A stretch of 64,000 nt of DNA from Phoronis australis (taxonomy: Eukaryota; Animalia; Phoronida). Below the pieces are notes generated by a model. The model ran no database searches. It was given only the letters and a program-made list of their open reading frames with translations, and was not told the DNA's origin. The first letter of the stretch is position 1. Every line of letters begins with the position of its first letter. Shown one piece after another: positions 1 through 13,700 of the stretch. Location of the stretch: the NCBI GenBank assembly GCA_002633005.1, contig NMRA01000294.1, positions 302,948 through 366,947 on the forward strand. Direction: 5' to 3'. The position numbers and the translations under genes are program-made.

Positions 1-899
1 CGACGAAGTAGGTGGCTGAAAGAGCTAGACCACGTTAAACTGAACGAAACGAAGGAAATATGGCCGGGGTGACCAATCAGGTGTCGCGTAGCGAAACGTA
101 TGAATACAAAAGTAGAACCTAAATGATAAATTAGAGTTAAGTAATGAAAAATAAACCCTAAGGGTTGATAGCAAATAAAGTGACAAATGTCAAAATAATG
201 ACGATTAATGCAGTTAGCAAGTTAAATTTAATAAAGCCGTAAGTGGGAGCAATCTGCGTTGAGTTGCTTAGTAAAATAACACAGATGCTCTGATACACGT
301 TCCATCGGACGTGCGCAGGCAGAGTAGCACGGTCCGTTGCACCAAATATTTCAAATTTTGTTTCGTTTATTATATTAACATAAACATACAACACATAATT
401 ATAAGGACCGAGCTGAAAAGTTAGTGACCTGACTCAAGGGGCAGCGGCACCTTGTGAACAGGAGTCGGACACTCAAGTCACTTGTCTACACTCGCTTCCT
501 GCTAAGTAATATGGTCTCAGTTTCGTGACCATGAGCCACAATAGAGCGGGGACCGTACGGTCCAGGCTCTAAGTGCAAGTCCACTTGATATTGCCCAACC
601 ATTCTCCAGTTTGCATGCCACATGACTTGCCGTAAAACTAAAGTCCTCGTTTACTTCCGCGGGCATTCGGATCAAGCTCGAGTGTTTCCGTAACCTCAAA
701 TTAGCCGTCAGAGGTGCTTCATGTTTGGAAATGTGCGAATTAATCTCATCCAGAAAATCTTGCGGCTGTAAATTGGTGAATGACGTCGAATGCGCCGACA
801 TCTATGATGATAGCTAGGTTAAGCATCAACCGGCACATACATTGTACATGTAAAGAAGCAGGCCACCCGTATCATTGTACGCTTACGTTTGAAAATATC

Positions 900-1348
900 G
901 GAAACGCCAAAGTGTTCTTAAACGATTACCTCTCTGCGCGTTGAATTGTGCAAATCAACACGTACTGTTGCTTGATCAACGCGCAGTATTACTTATTCAA
1001 CACGTTGATTTAGTATGTTATGCCTATTAAAAGACATGTTTAGAGTTAGAACGTAACGCCGCGAGGAGGCCGTGGGGGAGCGCTATCTTCGAAGGTCTTG
1101 GACAGATGTTGAAAGTCTTCCGCATTTTGAGATTTGAGAGCACGTGCGTGATTGGACTATATGAACTGATTAAAATGAGGCACTGAGTAAGCAATTCTGT
1201 GCGTTAGAACAAAAAGATATCCGTTTAAGAACTATCTCAGCTCGTTGAGTAACTATTATGCTGCGAGTTGATTAAGCAAAAGTCCGTATTGAATAAGCAC
1301 ATTTCAACGCGCAAAAAGGTACTCGTTTAAGAACCTTATGACATCCAC
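900..1348. mobile_element. MITE-like inverted-repeat element
   Basis: gttcttaaacga..gcgcgttgaa..gtgc (914-951) is inverted to gcac..ttcaacgcgc..tcgtttaagaac (1297-1334). Exact ends uncertain. Confidence 0.6.
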
Positions 1349-3569
1349 ATTGCACCTGCTATGTAGATAAACCGCCTGCTACAGTACACAAATCCCTTTA
1401 TTCTTCTGATTGAAGTTCCCACATGCGCATATATGAAACATCTGGTCTCCGTTTAGTTATTTCACGCTACGAAAATACCCGCGCGTGCCACTGATGGCGT
1501 CAGTAGTGCATAAACGTTTAGGGGCTATTTTCTCAAATTCTATCGAATTCTAAAATTCATCTTATAAATTGTCATTGGTCATCTAAGGCAACAGTTTCGT
1601 AGTTATCCTTGATATTACAGAAATACATTTCAGTCAACAGTCGCATTAGCGAAAAATTGAGCTTCGGAATTTCGCCTTAACAAAATCGCATTTTGGTTTA
1701 GACGAAATGACCTTATGAAATTGGGTTGACATCATTCTAAGTCATTCCAAGGTTTTGGAAGAGCTGACGGCGTGTTATTGTATGCCCAGAACATAGTCTA
1801 AAGGAAAAACCAACTGTCTGCAAACCATTTTACTTGATTTCTGAATGGGGAAAGTTTATAGCGGTATGTGGTCTAGAATGTGACCATCCTCGACACAACT
1901 CAGGTTTATGGCAGCTTTAAACAGGGAAAGTACTGTGTAGATGCGTCCATTAGTTGTGCAGATATATACACGGCAGTTATAGTCAACTAGGCGTAATCAA
2001 AGAAACTAAAACATTTCGTTTGACATTAATTCCAAGTTCAACAGTACGCAGAGCAGTATTAAAGTTAATGAGCAGTGACAGGTTTAATTACTTTGGAATA
2101 GTCCATTATGTCGAGCAAAAATAACTAAAACAATGTCGGCGTCACTGGACCGTTTCAATCGTGACGTGTGCGGATTCAGGATCGTAGCCAGAAAGGAAGG
2201 TTGGCAAAGGACAAACATAAAGGGGTTTCATACTCCTTCATTGTGGTAATTCATAAGGTCCCAAGCAATGGAACCCCGTACAGTCACCCTAGACCATCCT
2301 CTGGGTGACGCTCTTTCCCAGTGCCGGCTGCGAGAGGTAGGTGGCGCTGTGGCAGAGGGTGCTTCTGGAACGGTTCTCGTACAATTCACGGCTGAACGAA
2401 GACAATGAAGTGCGTGAAACGTCATAAAATTAGCTTTTCTGGGAAAAATCTACTACACAGAGGCGATAGAGTGACTTATTTTGTAAATTTCCTTATTTAG
2501 ATTATCAACTAGGCTACCACAATAAGTAGGAGAATGGAATGTTCAAAACATTGAAATAAGACAAAAATAGCCAGAGCCTGCTTCAATCTCGAGTTTTCTT
2601 TTGTATGTTCTGACTTATATACAATAGTTAGCCTTTCAATTGTCGAAATGCTATGACGAGACTACAATTCCTCGTGTAATTTTTACGTGTACTGCGTTAT
2701 GGGATACATCGCTAGTCAGGTGCTCAAACGACCAATTCAACAGTCATCTCATCTGTAGATTCTCTTAATTGCTGTCTTTATGTCTCCTCGTTTCAGTTGT
2801 TTATCTGCCGTATCTTGTGAAACCTGGGCCCATGACCGTCAAAGTTAACTTTGAGCTTCGACTAGTTCTACTCAGAGAGGTTATTACTTCAACACTTACT
2901 GGAGCACCGAGGCACATGGATAGATATTCGGAAAACTACCTTTCAAAAACGTCAAATGAAAATACACCCATGCTTCGGCGTAATTTTTTAAAACTTTCAA
3001 AAAAAAACGTGCATTTTTGAAATTTTTCTGAAAATTCGTCCATGCATGGGTGTACTTTATGAAAATTTGACGAAAATACGTCCATGGGCGTACGTTTGAA
3101 GATCTCCAGTAAAGGAGATGCGAAAAGAGAACAATCGCCCGCGGATTCTTCGAATGAAAAAGTGCACGTACTAAGTTTGTAAAACAAAAACTTTATTTAC
3201 TCATTCTGGCTGCGCTTTTTGTAAATATAATTGTTGTGTATAATTAGATATACAATAAGTTATACTATATATTGAATATTTTGTTCAAGTACAATCGTAG
3301 AAAACTTGGAATTCTTAGTTTATTTTTCTTTTAGTATCCTTCAGCTGTTATTCAGGAATTATTGGTGTTTATGCGTCGTTGAATACTACTCAAAAAATTG
3401 AACATTACGGCTTAGGTACGTTTTGGTGGTCTCCAAAAGATGAGAAATTGCATTTTTTATTTTTCGAGTAATTCAAGCGACTGAGAAATGTTTGGTGGTT
3501 GCGGGCCTAAAGGCCTGCTTTTTACTGTACAGTCAGAAATTTGGTATTTCACTCCGCACAACTGTTTGT

Positions 3570-3675
3570 GAACCCCCCACTTTTTTCAGTGCTCAAGCAC
3601 CCATGGTCTGTGGGCGGTGCACCACAGGGGAGCGAGGGGGCTATAGCCCCCAATTTTTCCAGTGCTGCGACGCCA
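3570..3675. mobile_element. Fragment of the CATG-ended GC-rich MITE family
   Basis: Shares gggcggtgcaccac..gggg..tagcccc..ttttt..tgctgcg with the copies at 35483 and 53951. Confidence 0.6.
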
Positions 3676-4563
3676 AAAGATTCTATGAGTATACTGTATA
3701 ATGTGCGTGTTACTTGGGTGCTAACAATTAACTAGAAAATTCATTTTGTAGCTAAGCTGAGCTTTTTACAGATAAACTTTTCATACTAACACTAGCTTCA
3801 ACTCGCTTTTCGTGAAACGTGGTTCTTTCTGTAACGTTTGTGTTGATGTTTGTTAATATATGTTTAATGAGCAAGCATGTAACTGTAAACATGTTCGGTT
3901 AGACTTGACACAAGTGTCCACAGCCAGCAGAGTCGAGAAATGTCATCGAACTGGCGTCCTAAGCGATTCCATTGCGCTAGTTTTAGAGCACGGGATACTG
4001 AACCTGACGGCAGCCGAATATTACGAATGTCTAATACCTTATCGGCACGTCTGTGTATTTTGTTAAATATCTGAAGAAATATAATAAAATTACATAATTC
4101 CTGAAAGTGGAAAGCCTGCAGACTTTGATTTTATTTTTAACTTTATACCAATCAGTCATTAATAGGACACATGACTATGTATCTACATTTTAGCAAAAAT
4201 ATAGCAGCAACAACAATATAAATAACATGACCATGTTTCATTTAATGTAAATCTTCAAGATGAATCTCAAAATTGCTATTGCAGTTTTTTAAAATATTTC
4301 GTTTTTGTTTATGTTATTTTTGGGATTGTTCATGGAAATCGTAAAAGGCCCCTTTTGATAGCTCCTCATGCAAAGTCGTAACATTTAAAAAATAGGTAAC
4401 AGCTTTTTGTATAACAGTGCAGTGCATCAAGCATGGTATGTGAAAATTCCATATGAATTCGACGAGCAACTTCTGAGATATATCGTTCCGACGAGCAATT
4501 TCTGAGATTTAATGTTCCGAAGTTAGCCAAATTTGGACATAATCTTAAAACAGTAGTTAACAA

Positions 4564-4766
4564 ACTTGCAACGCGCACCATTTTACCTGTCCTTGGAACG
4601 CGCGCCATTTTACCTGTACTAGTAAAGCGCACCATTTTACATGTACTTACCATGCGTATCATTTTATCTGTACTTGCAACGTGTACCATTTACCTGTACT
4701 CGCAACGCGCACCATTTTGCTTGTACTTGCAACGCACACCATTTCACCAGTACTTTTTACCTGTAA
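4564..4766. repeat. Minisatellite, about 27-bp unit, about 7 copies
   Basis: Unit acttgcaacgcgcaccattttacctgt. Confidence 0.9.
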
Positions 4767-6658
4767 CTGGTTTCTCCTATTAAGCTTAGTTTGCCACGTG
4801 CACTCTTTTTGCGGGAATTTCTGCTTTTTGCAGTCATGACTTCTAAATAGTGCCCACCAGGTACCTCCTCGAGCGACCGCAAAATGTGTGCGCAGCTTAA
4901 AATAGTTTAGTTGATTTCTGACAAAGATTTTTCCTTGTTAAAAAACTTAGTAATACTATCTACAGCAAAGGTAAGCGAGCGATTGAAAAGTGGAAAATGA
5001 AATGCTTCACGTACCGACTTACCCATCAAAAGAGCAGCGAGAGCAGGAGAAGGGAACAAATACTATATGAAAACTAAGTGATTACTACATTGAAGATTTA
5101 TTAAAATTCTTTAAACATATAGAAACTCGTCCGAAATGCGCTCCTAATTTCAAAAATCCCCACACGGGTTGTGAATTCCATGTTCAAATTTCATTTCATT
5201 TCTACTCCTTATGCTGAATTTGTCTGTGAGGTTGATTGACATATTCACTAGTTAAGTGTATTAAAACAGTGCAGCTGGGATTTTAACTTGAGCAGACCCA
5301 TTTACCGGTTTCGCATAAAACGAATAGCTGTTTGCGCTGATAAATACCGGCACAGCCACCAAATCACATTAATGCAATCGCATTAAAGTTCGACCAGGAG
5401 GAAAAAATGCAGAAAGTTGATTTTTTAGCGAACCGTGGCACATAGATCTCTCGTTTGAAAACCAATAAAACTTGCTATTCCAGACTATGAGAGCATGTAT
5501 TAGAAGGCACTTTCCTGGTTTTAAACCCTTCCTCCGTCACAAAAAACAGCGTTGTATTTAAACCACTTGCCGTTATGAAATTATTAACAAGTTATTCCTT
5601 AGTACTGTCAAGGTTTCGAAAAACTGATAATTGTTAAAAAATCTAGAGAACAGATTGTACACGATTTTGTCACGGCGTGTCATTCTATGAGTTGAGCACG
5701 TTCTTACGAAATAACACGTGTCATCTTTCATTGCAGAAAGTGGTCTAAATCAAAAGATGTCTCTCAGTTCAACAGAACGCGGACGTATAACCGCGTTAAT
5801 GGATTCATTTCTTGTAAATATAATGGGTCAACACCAATAACAACTAACTACAATAGATTCACAACAATAACAGCACATTAGTCTGCGCAACTTTGCAACA
5901 GATTCACAACAATAACAGCACAAGAGAGGGCGCAAAATTTAAAGCTGCACTTTCCCTTGATTGGGTAGCTAAAACCAAAATCTATTCTGTTTTTTTACCC
6001 TAACAAAATTGGTCTAAAAATAGTCCACCGGCGACTCGCCAATTTTAAATTTTGTGCAACTCGTGCATACGAAAATGGCGCCTGTGTGCACTGCATGTGT
6101 TACAACAATGGAAGGTCGATGAGCCTGTAATGTTTCCGCTTCGATTATCGACAAAATTCTCAACAAGTAATGATACTGCAACATCTTCAAGCAAGGTATT
6201 CTTCGTAAACTTAAGGAACACATAAAAGTCCGTGATACATGAATGTTCATTTGAGAGACAGAGATATCCAGTGCCAACTTAGGGCAGATGTTGTTCTGCA
6301 CTAGCGTGTAGTCGGGAACGTGTACCCGATTTCACCGTCTATGTGAATCGGTGGGCAAGTTCAATCGAAATATAAGCTGTTTCAATGTCTTGAGCTGAGG
6401 CCAGAGCTCACATCAGTTCGACATTATTTCACTGTACGTTGCAACTTACCCTATGACAGTAATTGCTTGGAAATTATCGGTTTAGTGAGGTATTATCTAC
6501 AAAGCTGTCAACCGGCCATGTGCCAAGATTCAATGAAAAAATAGTCTTCCTTAAACGCTAGGTCTATCAGTCATTTTGCTGTTCATGGTTGAGTAAAAAA
6601 ATAAATATTTTTTGTCTCGAAGCGCTTTCTCATGCAACTTTACGAAGTAAGCTTGGCT

Positions 6659-6846
6659 AATTCTAGATCTACGCAAACTGCTGCCGGTGATATCAATTCT
6701 AGATCTACGCAACATTGCTGCCGGTGATATCAATTCTAGATCTACGCAACACTGCTGCCGGTGATATCAATTCTAGATCTACGCAACATTGCTGCCGGTG
6801 ATATCAATTCTAGATCTACGCAACACCGCTGCCGGTGATATCAATT
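6659..6846. repeat. Minisatellite, 37-bp unit x5
   Basis: Unit aattctagatctacgcaacaYtgctgccggtgatatc, head-to-tail with no spacers. Confidence 0.95.
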
Positions 6847-8591
6847 ATACATTTCAGTATCATCTCGAGTTATCAGTGTTAGTGATTTTTCCCTCCTCAC
6901 TATTAGATGTGTCACGCGCACTCAACTCGACAATTCTCCAAAGGAGAATGAAGTAATTGATGGACAAATATATCCAAGCAAGTGAAGTATTTTTCTTCGT
7001 CAAAGTAATTAATAAAGTAAATGGAATATTGCAGTTCTCATCTGTCATGTCTGCAGCACCAGTTGTACATGCCTGCACATCCACAAAAGTAAAGTCGGTG
7101 ACTTTAGTTTGTGTAATGATTAAAAATTCAAGAACTCCGTTTGAACATTTTATACAGTACGTTTAAAATATATTGATCTTACACGCATGACCGTTACAAA
7201 ACCACTTATGTTTAATTTTGGCGATTGGCCGGTATGAAGCTGGTCGCAAGTTGTTCCTTATTGATATTATGGAACTTCTGTATCGGGAAGAACGAACAGT
7301 TTGTTTTTTGCTCAACACAGGCCAGTTTTAATAAGTTTATTTGTCATGCCGGCTTATCTTGCGCACAGAGTATGTAGCCTCAGTTCTTTCTGAGCCTTGC
7401 AATCATTTCCCATCTAAGTTGAGGTCAGTTTTGCAACGCTGTGTGTTCTTAGTCAAGATTAGTTTTCGACGGAAAACGTGTTTACAGCTTTTTAAAGAGA
7501 CGGCAACAATGAATTAAAAATGAAATACGCAAAATTGAACAGAATTATACCAAATTATTTCAGAGCGTTCTCGTCACACATGCTGAGTTTTCTTACGTGA
7601 ACAATTTTTTCTGTTCCTTTTATTTTTGCAAAAGTTTGCGAGGCCAGAGTTCCTCGACTTCCCCGGATGCTGAACCACGTGACCTTGAAGTACTGTCTAC
7701 CCGTCACAAGCTCACTTTGCCGGCATATAATTTTAAAGTTCATGTAATCTGGTAGCAAATACCAAAAATACTGCATAGTTTAGCCATTATAAATATCGAG
7801 TTATCGATTTTTGTAATAATTATGTCGCACACGGTTAATATGCAAAGACGGGAAATGTAAACTTTTCATAAACTATTTAAGGTTTACGCTTCATGTCAAT
7901 CAAAAATAAGCATAAATGTCAAACTATTTACGAAAGACTGGAAAAAATGCAAACCCACCTGGTTGTCTACTCGAGCAAGCTCGGCATTTCTGGAATGTTC
8001 AACTCATCTCGCACGGCAGTCCAGAGTTCGATTTCGTTCTGAAATACTTATTCTAGAGAAGTTACTCCTCCAATATGCTTCGTCTCTCCGTCTCTTTTCT
8101 CATTTACATTTCGGAAACCAAAACAGGACTTTTGTTACACGTAGTTTTGATCAGAACTGCACATTGCCTGCGTCGGACAATTTCCCGGTGCCTAGCAACT
8201 AAACAGTTAACGAGATCGCCGCCTCGATTTCAGTAAACTTTGACTGAAACCTGTGTTAAGAAAAACAAGCCCAAAATGTTTTTTATGAACATAACAAGAA
8301 AATGTACAACAGTTCTAAGGATTTTCCTCTCATATTTTTTGTTAAATTTCTTCTTATAGCACATCGTAAAGCAAACAAACTATTACGAAACTTCTTATTT
8401 CACGAGGAATAGCATTTCTCTGAGTTATCGGGACACAAAAAAGATAAATTACAATTTTTTATGAAATTCACTTATTAATTTACTTGCACATATGCTGCCG
8501 AATGTTTTAAAGTCGATATCAAAATTTTACATTGCCATGTAGTTTTGACAAAAAGACTTCAAAGACGAGCTTTCATTGATTTCATCATCCG

Positions 8592-8902
8592 TTTAGAACA
8601 CTAAACAAGTTTCGTTAGTCGACAAAATATTGCGGCACTGTATGCATTTTTATTTTTTGAATGGACGCGAAAAGAAGTTCAGTGTCTTCAATTACATACT
8701 AAGTGGACGTAAAAAGAAATTCGATGTCTTCAAATCCGAGACCATTTTGTTGATGCACCACAAAATAATCTGCCATCAAACTTTAAAGTATCGTGCTTAC
8801 TTATTTTTTGAAAAAATAACATGTTAATAGATCTTTTTGGGAATAAGTTTTCATTGGTTCGCTTTGTGTTAAAATTCGTGAAAACTCGTTTGGTGTTCTA
8901 AA
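8592..8902. mobile_element. MITE-like element immediately 3' of the GPCR stop codon
   Basis: Terminal inverted repeats tttagaacactaaacaagttt / aaactcgtttggtgttctaaa. Confidence 0.55.
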
Positions 8903-8915
8903 TAAACAAAACAAA

Positions 8916-10301
8916 TTATGTATTACTAGACTGGTATCGCCTGAGAGGCGAAGATTTACTAGATGTTTCGGATTGTACTTGAGTGCGACGACGACCTGGA
9001 AATGTTCCTAACGACTGATGAACCAAGGGCACAAAATTATTTCTTACACTTGATGCGAAATTCTGAACCACAGAAGATTTATACCTGGAGGCAACTGACA
9101 TTGTTCGGAGCTGTCTCATTCTACACGTGAGAATGGCGTACATAACTCGCCTGTAAAACTGGTTACTAACTGCGTACAAGAAAAAGTTTGAAGCATAGTT
9201 GGTAATGAGAAAACAGTCAGCTACTGAGCGCAGAATGTTACAGCCTGCACTCTTCCTAACAAATACCACTCCATAGATCCACGTCATAACGAACCAAACG
9301 ATAGCTGGGATTTCACAAATGATGAACCAAATTATTAGCAATATCAGCATTCGACTGATGTGCTTTTCGTTGCTATTTCGGTTGGATGTGGCGTACATCG
9401 CTTCTTGGGGTGTCCGGACAACTGGCTCGTTCCCCCTGGATTCAACGCTTGTTTGTGGGCTCCTTGCGGAGACGATGTGGACAAAACTCCGATTGCTTGA
9501 CCTCAAAGCAAGGATCAGTTTCACTGAAAGGAGTAGGCAGGCGAGCCATGGTAAAATGACATTAAACACCATTCTTGAATTCTGATAAACATTCAAATAC
9601 GCCTTTCTGTAATAAAGCTCATTGAAGTCTACTTTAGTTAACGTTGAGTTCTCTGGAATCAAAGTGACGCGGATGGTAAGAAAGTCTGGTACATTCAGTA
9701 AAACGGCGGCGACGTACAGTACACCTATAAGAATTCGTGCATGTTTGATACAACACAACTTCACTACCTTCATGGGAAAGCAGACGGCAACGAAGCGGAA
9801 CGCAGCTACGGACAGGATAAGCCAATTAGACGCTGTTAGAAATACGTTGGCGAACATATACCACGTGTTATTGTATAGTTTCCAGAACAGGGGCTCTGAA
9901 GGGTCTATTTTCGTCACCATGGGGGGTCTGCGACCATGAAAGTGTACGTAGTAGGTGACTGCGAAAAGAAGGACTCCAATGTCAGACACTGCTAGTGCTA
10001 GTAATAGTGTGTTAGTTGCACTTCTCATTTGTCGACGAGATAACACCAAGATGTTGAATAAGTTACTGGCAATTCCAATTATACACAGGGTCGAATTCAG
10101 AACACCGTTCAAGCCAAATGCCAAATCATGCAACAAATTTAGGTCAATCCCTCCATCCTTGGTTCCATTGGCACCATTGGCATTACCACCATTCGAGACA
10201 GTATTTTCATTCTTTGTTGCCCTTACTAGTACGCGGGCACTTGCCAAAATCGACACTAATATCACAAGTTTTCCGATTGCTCCTCGTCTGCAAAAAGTCA
10301 T
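8916..10301 (-). CDS. Intronless rhodopsin-like (class A) GPCR, FMRFamide/sex-peptide/myosuppressin receptor-like, 461 aa
   Basis: Seven hydrophobic segments with family motifs: TM1 GIASN, TM2 LAVSD, TM3 FRFVAVCFP (DRY position), TM5 ILPW, TM6 FIICEIP, TM7 NYASNFFLY. N-terminal NGT/NST sequons and a Ser/Thr-rich C-tail. Confidence 0.93.
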   Translation of the reverse strand: MTFCRRGAIGKLVILVSILASARVLVRATKNENTVSNGGNANGANGTKDGGIDLNLLHDLAFGLNGVLNSTLCIIGIASNLFNILVLSRRQMRSATNTLLLALAVSDIGVLLFAVTYYVHFHGRRPPMVTKIDPSEPLFWKLYNNTWYMFANVFLTASNWLILSVAAFRFVAVCFPMKVVKLCCIKHARILIGVLYVAAVLLNVPDFLTIRVTLIPENSTLTKVDFNELYYRKAYLNVYQNSRMVFNVILPWLACLLLSVKLILALRSSNRSFVHIVSARSPQTSVESRGNEPVVRTPQEAMYATSNRNSNEKHISRMLILLIIWFIICEIPAIVWFVMTWIYGVVFVRKSAGCNILRSVADCFLITNYASNFFLYAVSNQFYRRVMYAILTCRMRQLRTMSVASRYKSSVVQNFASSVRNNFVPLVHQSLGTFPGRRRTQVQSETSSKSSPLRRYQSSNT

Positions 10302-13300
10302 GTTTATATTTACACCAGCGATTGGGTTACAGATAAACGATACAGTCAGACGTTGTGTCTAATTATTGTGTGCAGAACAAGTCAAGTCTCGAGTTCCTGT
10401 TTCCGACATCGGGGTGCGCTATGTTATTTCAGTAACATTAACCCCCACTTACCCTGAACTCGTGGCTATAGTACGCTCAAAGAAAGTCGGTCTCATTCCC
10501 ACTAGGACTGTCTGTTGAGTTCAAACACCAATATTGTCATTTGCTCGGTTTTAGGTGACTAATGTCCTACCACACTGCACAAGCGCGTACTTCCCAATGC
10601 ACGTCAAAGTTGCTTTTCAATCTAATAAATATCACGCGTCTGCAAATACGTAGGATGATGCAAAGTGCAGTATAAGTGTGTTCAGGTGTCACAATCGTAG
10701 TTATCAATTAAAATCAACAGCGCCAACACATAGAACAACTGTGTTGAAACCCGTAAATCCTTTTAAATCCATCCTGTCACCTTTCTATATGGAATTCCAA
10801 TAATATGCTATATCATCCCAGCTGACGCTCCCGTCTTCTTCACAAAATAACCCGAAATACTTCCGAGACTTTTACTGTAACTCGAACAAGAGCGGAAATC
10901 TGCCAGGATATGGGTTTTTTTATTTACTCGGCGCATGCCCAAGGTCATCTTTGTGTCAGTGCCCACCAAAGGGTAACAAACGGTGTTAATTGGTTAAAAC
11001 ACAGACTTTAACCGAAGTGATTATGAACCGTGTTGATTTGACTCGCCGATTTGTTTGGATTCACCCACGGTAAACATATTAGCAGATATGGTGGAACAAT
11101 GCAGTAGGAACCAAAACAATCATCATCTCTTTTACTTTATTGTTGGAACAATTCTCAGAACTCCCCTTAAACAAGCTTGTAAAAACTCGTTGAATTCCAT
11201 AAACTCTCCAAACTATTCAGTACACATCTTAACTCAATAAACACTTCCAATACCGATCCCATATTGAGTGCACCTAGTTGCGAAATTCTTGACACTGAAA
11301 AAATATTTGCAGGCAATTCCTTGAGTTCCGGCGGCATCTGCAGGCGGGGATCAGTTTTATTTTATTTTGTTTATCCCAAATATAAACAAATTAATAGTAG
11401 CCCTATTCGTGTTTAATATGTCTGATTTCAGATTTCAAGGTAACCATTTGTGCTACGTTATTAAATGTGTATTCTCATTTCCGCCAATTTAAGAAGGCAC
11501 CAGAAATCTCTGAAAACAACCAACGCCGTTGATATTGTCATATAGAATGGCAAGAGGGTGTGCGCATCTGTTGCGTATAATCCGATTAGCAGGAAATACA
11601 TCAACTTTTGAAGCGTACGCGCACTTCCATTTGTAACAATTAACGAAGTGCCTGCTGCTATCATCCTTTACATAAAATCATGACAACTATCACTTCATTT
11701 TATTATGTTCAGCCTTGCAATGGTGTAACATAGTTATATTTTGACATTCGCTTGTGCTCGACCAGCAGATTGAGAACCAGTTCCATGCTATCTATCCACG
11801 GCCCCACAAATTCGTGTTATACCATTGCCTTGAAGTAATGCTTTGTCTCGTGGTTTTTGATCACGTCATCAAAATAGTCCAACACATTACAGTAAATTGA
11901 CTCAAGAGATTTTGGACAAAACGACTCAAGATATTCTGTTCAAGTGCATGCAACTATCCTCCAAAGTTTCTGTTTTTTATTATTAGTTTTTGACCGAGGA
12001 ACGGTAGAGCTCTAAATAAAACTGGTGGAATCTACCCAAGGTGTCAAAATAATTAACAACACTTAAGTTTCACCTCAATTCTGGAACTCCAGTAGAACAA
12101 AATATAAACAGAAGCAAATGTTGATACAGACTGCGGCAGGAGAAGAATTGTATAAAAAACAAGACTGGATGTTTGTGTAACAAGATCGACAGGGGTGCGA
12201 GGCGACGCGTTGTCATTTTTCCGATTTTCAGATGTAGAGACTTTATACATGTACCTGTCCTTTCTTATATTTCACGCAGGGGTGCGACACTTTTCTAATT
12301 TCCCATTTCATTTTGATCTTCCTAAATTAAACCATTTTATGTCCAAGTGTGCAGGCGTGTATGCAAGACCCTGCCACTGTTTATGGAATCTTTTAAAATA
12401 TCACGTGAGTGTAGAAACGTGACTTATCCGTTGCAAAACGACACTCAAAGGGGCAATAAACTGATGGCTTCTATCAAAATGAGACTGTTGATTTAGGCCA
12501 TTTTCTGCTATCAGTCTAATCTTTATTCACTCGAATTAGGAATGATTTCTTGGCTTGAGAATAACTGACATCTACCTCAGATAGACTAACTGAGCATCTA
12601 CCTAGCGTTTAACACCTATTTATCGTTTCAGACCAGGTTCATAAAGTTGCTTGACACGACGGGTTAGCTTTAATCTCTGAAGTGGTAATGTGGCCGACAA
12701 GGAACTCCGGGTGTTTTATTACAACTACATGCACATGCAGTTTCAAGGACAACAGCGCAATATTGTAAGTTGAGCATGACTGTGAAGACATTTGTTTTAA
12801 CTCCAGATAATGGTTAACAGCTGCTTTAACTATTTTATTGAAAAGTGGTTTCACACTACCTGTTAAAGGCACACAAAACCCCCAGTTTAAGATATGGGCG
12901 CTTACCCTGTGTATGGATAGCAACCTGTGTCCATAAGTCTCGCATTAGTGCGCGCGTCTACAAATGCGAAACACTTGAACAGATATTTTTAGCATTATTT
13001 CGGGATGTTTCATTTATAAGAGACGCTTATCATAGTACTGTCGAAAAATAGAGTTTGGTTTGGATTAAGTCTAGGCGTTCACATAACTTTTCGAGTATCA
13101 CTGTTGTCACAAATTATTACTGGTCATTACAGTGTAGTCACGGCAGTGGTGACGTGCACTACTCAGAGTATTAGGCGGGACTGGAACAACGAACCAGAGA
13201 CTGAAACGGACAGTATCGGTTTTGTGGCCGAAACTGGATTGTTGCTGGATGGGGAAGACTTTTTTAAGTTATCAGCTTTGAACTGAGCCAAAAAAGAACA

Positions 13301-13556
13301 ATAAAGTGCGTGGCGATTTTACTAAAGGTTGACAGTTCTCGCAGAAATCGAGGCCGTTGTCTTTCCCACTTACATGTATACTGTGCTACTTAACCGGTGT
13401 TACATGGCACAGCGGCACAGCGGCACAGCGGTGTGTTATTTGGCACAGCAGTACAGAGGATCGCCTGCTACTGCCGAACTAGCGCGGGTTAGTTTACTTT
13501 TCGTGCCGAGAACGTCCCATTAAATCACGTATTTCGGGACTAAGAATTGAGAATCC

Positions 13557-13700
13557 TCGGCAGAGTTCAATAACGCTAGGACCACGATAGAAAAACAAGA
13601 TTTCGCGAGAATACGCAAGATATTGCAGTGTATTTCAGATGAGAGCACATGATTTTTACGAGATTCTTCTCGCCGCGAGAGAGCTACTGAACTCTAACCG
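13557..13700. mobile_element. Short TIR element, family also at 32470-32630 and about 17860-17930
   Basis: agagttcaata..tactgaactct ends. Internal acgctaggacc and ttcgcgagaa motifs are shared with the other copies. Confidence 0.5.

Noticed and set aside
6659-6846. 37-bp repeats as a CRISPR array
   Set aside because: Units are contiguous with no unique spacers, there are no cas genes, and the context is eukaryotic. The same applies to the 60102-60402 and 61407-61659 arrays.
9319-10362. Plus-strand ORFs of 88, 105, 135 and 72 aa
   Set aside because: Antisense shadows of the GPCR CDS with no recognisable motifs.
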